This document shows, piece after piece, positions 59,543 through 64,000 of a DNA stretch of 64,000 bases. The stretch is from a virus: positions 32,001 to 96,000 of IMG/VR virus record IMGVR_UViG_3300045012_000066; one strand, 5' to 3'. Below the pieces are notes generated by a model. The model did no database searches, was not told the DNA's origin, and saw only the letters and a program-made list of their open reading frames with translations. The number at the start of each line of letters is the position of its first letter. The first letter of the stretch is position 1. The translations under genes and the position numbers were made by a program.

Positions 59543-59659
59543 ATGGCGAAGCGGAAGAAGGTATCGGTCCAGTGCGATAGCGATATGGGGCAGGGTGAAG
59601 AAGCTCCGGTGAAAAAGACCACGCGGAAGAAGACACGCAAGCGGGTGTCGAAGAAATAA
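59543..59659 (+). CDS. 38-aa Lys/Arg-rich peptide (absent from the ORF track)
   Basis: AAGGAG SD; MAKRKKVSVQCDSDMGQGEEAPVKKTTRKKTRKRVSKK. Confidence 0.65.
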   Translation: MAKRKKVSVQCDSDMGQGEEAPVKKTTRKKTRKRVSKK

Positions 59660-59668
59660 AGGAGCGCA

Positions 59669-60907
59669 ATGTCTCTGGGGTCCATGCGGCAAGAGTTACT
59701 CGGCATACCGGGTTCGAACTTCGGTCTTGTGACCACTCGAATCAATGAGGCTCTTGCTGCGATTCAAAATGAGAACGTGTTCTCCTTTCAGCTTCAGGTC
59801 AACGGGTGGCTTACTCCCGGCCTGTTGGGCGGGCCGACGACTACCTTTCTCAGCCCCGGCCTGATCACGATCAAACCGTATACCAACACGGTTACTGGCG
59901 ATCCGGTAGCCTCGCAGATTTGGCAGGCCACCATTTTTAATCCGCCCTTATTGACCCAGCAGCAAATTCGCGTGCCTTACTACTCGCTGTACAACATCAT
60001 CGCGCTGGGAAATAACGGCACCGTTTCTTATGCGAACATCATCAGCCCCGGCTCCGGGCAGACGCCGGGAACTTATGCGGTCCCGGTGATCGACGGTGCA
60101 GGAGTGGGCGGCGGCGGCATGGTTTCGATCACCGTAGGGTCGGACGGGACGGTAAGCATTCCTCCGGTGGTGCTGGCTGCGGGAAGCGCGTACATCATGC
60201 CGATCATCGACTTTTCCCAAGGCGGAAATCCAGCAGCCTTCAATGTCGGCTTGCAGGCAGTGCTGACGCTGGATCGGCCATGGACGGACCCGAATCAGTT
60301 AAACGCGGGCTACCTGATCTATCAGGCTTACTTTCCCGCGCCGCCCGGATTTAAACGTTGGTACTACATTCTCGACACCACGAATAACAACTGGTTGGAC
60401 TGGTGGTCGTACACACAGGTCAATCTCTCGGAGAAGGATGCGCAGCGAGTTAATTTTCTACAGCCCACCAATGTGGTTCCGTATGGCATGGATACGCGGC
60501 AGGGAAGCGCAACTCTCGGGCAAATGCTGTACGAGTTATGGCCACATCCGATTATGCAGTTACCGTACACCTTCGGTTGTCAGACGAACTGGCCCGCGCT
60601 CCAAGCTCCGGGCGACACGGTCCCGTTCCCGCTGACCGACGAACTGGTCAAGATGCGTGCTTACGAAATGATGTACCTCTGGAAGGAATCCCAGAAGGGC
60701 GATGAGATGGAGCGCGGATCGGGAGCCAACTGGCAATTTCTGGTGCAGGCCATGCGAGCGGAATACACAGATCGGCTCAAGAGAATTCGCATCATGGATC
60801 GCCATCTGGTCGATCTCTACTTTACGAAGATGCGCAGAATGCCAATGAGTCAGCAGGTGTGGGGCACGGTGACAGGTCAAGCCAACGTAGGCGGCTGGAA
60901 CAGCTAA
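59669..60907 (+). CDS. Probable head-tail adaptor / tail tubular protein with inserted beta domain
   Basis: Helical N- and C-termini (RINEALAAI...; DELVKMRAYEMMY) around a Gly-rich insert; position after head genes. Confidence 0.55.
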   Translation: MSLGSMRQELLGIPGSNFGLVTTRINEALAAIQNENVFSFQLQVNGWLTPGLLGGPTTTFLSPGLITIKPYTNTVTGDPVASQIWQATIFNPPLLTQQQIRVPYYSLYNIIALGNNGTVSYANIISPGSGQTPGTYAVPVIDGAGVGGGGMVSITVGSDGTVSIPPVVLAAGSAYIMPIIDFSQGGNPAAFNVGLQAVLTLDRPWTDPNQLNAGYLIYQAYFPAPPGFKRWYYILDTTNNNWLDWWSYTQVNLSEKDAQRVNFLQPTNVVPYGMDTRQGSATLGQMLYELWPHPIMQLPYTFGCQTNWPALQAPGDTVPFPLTDELVKMRAYEMMYLWKESQKGDEMERGSGANWQFLVQAMRAEYTDRLKRIRIMDRHLVDLYFTKMRRMPMSQQVWGTVTGQANVGGWNS

Positions 60908-60953
60908 GGGATCACATGAAAACCTCTTTAGGTGAGAAGAACGGAGAAGCGGC

Positions 60954-63338
60954 ATGAGCGGCGGCTACGGCGGCACCGGACAGGCAGCACTTCTGCGCCA
61001 GAATCAGCAGGTAGCTCTGTTTCAGCAAGCGACAAACATTGTCGGCAGGGCGAGCATTGCCATCCAACCGGAGCGCCTTTCGTTTCCGACCTCGTTATCC
61101 GTCCAAATTTATTTCACTGACGTAAACGGTAATCCGTCCAGCCCCGGCGCGTTCGAGGTGGATGTCCAAGCATCGGACCTCGATCAGGATTCGCAGTATT
61201 ACACCGCCAGCACATGGACCGGCCCTCTGAACGCAGGAGATGTGGGCCGAATTGAACTAGGCTCGATCCTCGCCAGATATGTCCGCATCGTAGTGAAGTC
61301 GCTGACCAATGCTGTCTACACGACCGCATACCTCACCAGCTTCGCTGGCGGAGGCGGTGGCGGCAGCAATGGCGGAGGTGGTGGCAGTGGCCCCGCATTG
61401 CAGGTCAACGGGACACCGACTGCGGATCAGGCACTTTTAAATCTGGTGGCCGGTCCCAATGTGACCATCGCCGACAATGGCGGTGGTGCTGTTCAGATTT
61501 CTGCTGCCGGTGGCGGAGCACCCTCCGGCCCTGCTGGCGGCGACCTGACGGGCACGTACCCCAACCCAACTGTGAATGGGATTGCTGGCGCTGCCTTACC
61601 AGCCAACTTCTTAGCTAGTGGCGCAGCCAGTCTACCCGCTGTCACAATGACGGGCGCACCGTTCGTAGGGACCGCCATCACCGCGACGCCGCTCCTTCTT
61701 CTTAGCCCGAGCGGCACACCTGCTGTTTCGACGTGGATTGCAGCCGGAACTTTCCTTGGCATCAACTCACCGACTGGCTTCTCAGGAAATTTAATCGACA
61801 CCAAGCTCAACGGTGTTACCGTCTTCAGCGTAGGACAGGCGGGCGGGGGAAATGTCCAACTCAGCACATCGTTTCAGGTCATTCCAAATCTCTTCACAGC
61901 GACTTCAAACTCGCTTCTCGCGTGGTTTAGTGCCACGACGATAACAGGCGCTCGCGACACGACCCTTGGTCGCGCAGCGGCAGGCATATTGCAACTGAAC
62001 TCCGGATCGACGGCAGGGAATACAGGCCAGCTTAACCTTGGTGCAATTCAGTTGATCGGTGGCACGGCTGCTGCATCGGTATCGCAGTTGCTCTGCACCA
62101 CTCCGCCGTTTACGGCAGGCACGGCCACGACTAACTTGCCGGTTCTCTATCTCAATAGCAGTGCGATCTTGCCGACGTGGAGCACTCTTGGCACCATACT
62201 CGGCATCAATGCTCCAGCCGGGTTTGCCGGGAACTTTATCGACCTCCGTCTCAATGGAGGTGCCTCTGGTTTCGCTGTCGCTAACAACGGAACGACAAGC
62301 GTCGCGAATTTAAATATCGGCACATTTTTCACCGGGCTGGCTTCTCTCTCAAGAATGGGGATGAACAACGCGACGTATCTGGCGTGGTCGTCCACCACCG
62401 GTACGTCGGCAGGGATGGATACCACCCTGTCCCGCGCCAATCCCGGCGTACTGCAACTCGCCAGCAGCGCGACACAAGGGAATAACGGCGAACTTGATCT
62501 CGGCTCCCTTCAGGTGATTGGGGGCACCGCTGCGGCGTCCGTGTCACAGATGTATTGCACCACGCCACCGTTTACAGGTGGCACCGGCACGACAAATTTC
62601 CCAGTGTTGTACCTGAATAGCGGTACGACACAGCCGACAACCTTCAGCGTGAGCGGCACAGTCCTTGGGATCAACGCTCCCGCTGGATTTACCGGGAACC
62701 TCGCGGATTTCCGCGTCAACGGAGGAGCAGCAGTACTTAGCGTGAACGCAGCCGGAGGCGTCACAACCCCTAGCTCTGTCTCGGCTACTGGCGGCTTCGG
62801 TGTTACTTCTACCGTAACGATAAATTCCACACTTACCCGATTCCAAAATGCTTACGTTTTGGGATGGTCGTCCACCACTTCCATCGTATCGGCATCGGAC
62901 ATAACTCTCTCCCGTGTTGCTGCTGGCATCCTTGGCGTAGGTGCGGTAAATGGAGCCGGAGTCCAAGGCACGATTCAGTTGGGCCAGATCATGGGCGGCG
63001 GCGGTACGCCCAGTATTGCGGCAGGTGCAGCCGCTGGGACAGCCCCAACGGTCACCATCGTCTCCAATAGCTCCAATCTGGCGGGCAGTGTCAGCGTCAC
63101 GATTGGCACGGCACCCGTTGGTGGTGCGCCGATCCTGACCATCACCTTCGCAAACGCCTTCACCTTCGCCAACGCTCCTTTTAGCATGCTCACACCCGGC
63201 AACGCCAATAGCGCCGCACTGACCGGCCCGACACAGGTCTACACAACAGAGACTACGACCACGATTGTCATCAACGCTGGAGCAACCGCGCTGACAGCGG
63301 GCACGCAATACGTCTGGAAGTATCACGTAGTCGGGTAG
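60954..63338 (+). CDS. Tail fibre/spike-like virion protein with three internal repeats
   Basis: Gly/Thr/Ala-rich 794 aa; module PPF.GT.T...LYL..T.LGINAP.GF.GN..D..NG and AW.S.T...DTTL.R...G each occur three times. Confidence 0.7.
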   Translation: MSGGYGGTGQAALLRQNQQVALFQQATNIVGRASIAIQPERLSFPTSLSVQIYFTDVNGNPSSPGAFEVDVQASDLDQDSQYYTASTWTGPLNAGDVGRIELGSILARYVRIVVKSLTNAVYTTAYLTSFAGGGGGGSNGGGGGSGPALQVNGTPTADQALLNLVAGPNVTIADNGGGAVQISAAGGGAPSGPAGGDLTGTYPNPTVNGIAGAALPANFLASGAASLPAVTMTGAPFVGTAITATPLLLLSPSGTPAVSTWIAAGTFLGINSPTGFSGNLIDTKLNGVTVFSVGQAGGGNVQLSTSFQVIPNLFTATSNSLLAWFSATTITGARDTTLGRAAAGILQLNSGSTAGNTGQLNLGAIQLIGGTAAASVSQLLCTTPPFTAGTATTNLPVLYLNSSAILPTWSTLGTILGINAPAGFAGNFIDLRLNGGASGFAVANNGTTSVANLNIGTFFTGLASLSRMGMNNATYLAWSSTTGTSAGMDTTLSRANPGVLQLASSATQGNNGELDLGSLQVIGGTAAASVSQMYCTTPPFTGGTGTTNFPVLYLNSGTTQPTTFSVSGTVLGINAPAGFTGNLADFRVNGGAAVLSVNAAGGVTTPSSVSATGGFGVTSTVTINSTLTRFQNAYVLGWSSTTSIVSASDITLSRVAAGILGVGAVNGAGVQGTIQLGQIMGGGGTPSIAAGAAAGTAPTVTIVSNSSNLAGSVSVTIGTAPVGGAPILTITFANAFTFANAPFSMLTPGNANSAALTGPTQVYTTETTTTIVINAGATALTAGTQYVWKYHVVG

Positions 63339-63352
63339 GTAAGGGAGGACTT

Positions 63353-64000
63353 ATGAGTGGTGGCTATGCCGGAACAGGACAATCGACGCTTTTGCGCCAG
63401 AACCATCAAATAGCCCTGTTCCAGCAAATGACGGGCATTGTTGGCGCGGCGAGTATTGCTGTGCAACTGGAGCGCGTTCGCCTTGCAGCCCCCACTTCAG
63501 TCGCTGTCCAAATTTATTTCACCGACGCGCAGGGAAATTCATCCAGCCCCGGTGCCTTTGAAGTCGATATTCAAACTTCAGACATCGATCAGGACTTGCA
63601 ATACTGCACCGCTGAGACATGGACTGGCCCTCTGAACGGTGGCAACGCGGGCCGGGTTGTGCTGGGGCCGGTCTTTGCCAAATACGTTCGGATATTTGTG
63701 AAATCGCTGGCCAATGCAGCCGTTTATACAACTGCCTATCTCACCAGCTTTGCAGGCGCAGGGAGCGGCAGTAGTAATGGTGGCGGCGGAGGTGGAGGAG
63801 GTGGTCCTGTGTTACAAGTCAATGGCACGCCGACCGCAGATCAGGCGCTACTCAATCTGGTGAATGGTCCCAACATAACCATCACCGATGAAGGGGCAGG
63901 AGCCGTTCAGATATCGGGTACGGGAAGTCTCAGCGGAAATGCTCCTCCGTTCTTCCGGTATTTTGGCGACGGCTCCGACGGCTCGTGGACTGACCTTGTT
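63353..64000 (+). CDS. Paralogous tail fibre-like protein (partial, runs off window)
   Basis: GGAGG SD; MSGGYAGTGQSTLLRQNHQIALFQQ...WTGPLNGG...PVLQVNGTPTADQALLNLV closely matches the N-terminus of 60954-63338. Confidence 0.75.
   Translation, partial: MSGGYAGTGQSTLLRQNHQIALFQQMTGIVGAASIAVQLERVRLAAPTSVAVQIYFTDAQGNSSSPGAFEVDIQTSDIDQDLQYCTAETWTGPLNGGNAGRVVLGPVFAKYVRIFVKSLANAAVYTTAYLTSFAGAGSGSSNGGGGGGGGGPVLQVNGTPTADQALLNLVNGPNITITDEGAGAVQISGTGSLSGNAPPFFRYFGDGSDGSWTDLV

Overview
64-kb fragment of a GC-rich tailed dsDNA phage genome (podovirus-like head module; no host housekeeping genes). An Acidobacteriota host is inferred from two Uma2 genes and Acidobacteria-style small proteins. Layout: a + strand recombination block (1-8780); a long - strand block of small early/accessory genes with shared leaders and promoters (8798-34412); a ~1.7-kb divergent non-coding region; a + strand middle block (36198-48681); then TerS-like, TerL, portal, scaffold, major capsid, duplicated decoration-like genes and duplicated tail-fibre-like genes running off the window end. 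Two candidate RNA-guided systems stand out. (1) A RAMP/Cas7-like gene (2141-2845) lies between two arrays of GGY-NN pentamers split into guide-sized units, followed by a Cas4-like nuclease; this matches my recollection of the recently reported VIPR architecture, which needs checking. (2) A 13-unit, 36-nt dual-spacer TIGR-like array (37179-37641) has no Nop-domain Tas gene recognisable in the window. Other notable items: a 59-nt tRNA-like RNA without an anticodon arm, three repeated regulatory motifs, two homologous late-leader hairpins, protamine-like peptides and a possibly overprinted TerS-position gene. All domain calls are by motif recognition only; no searches were run.
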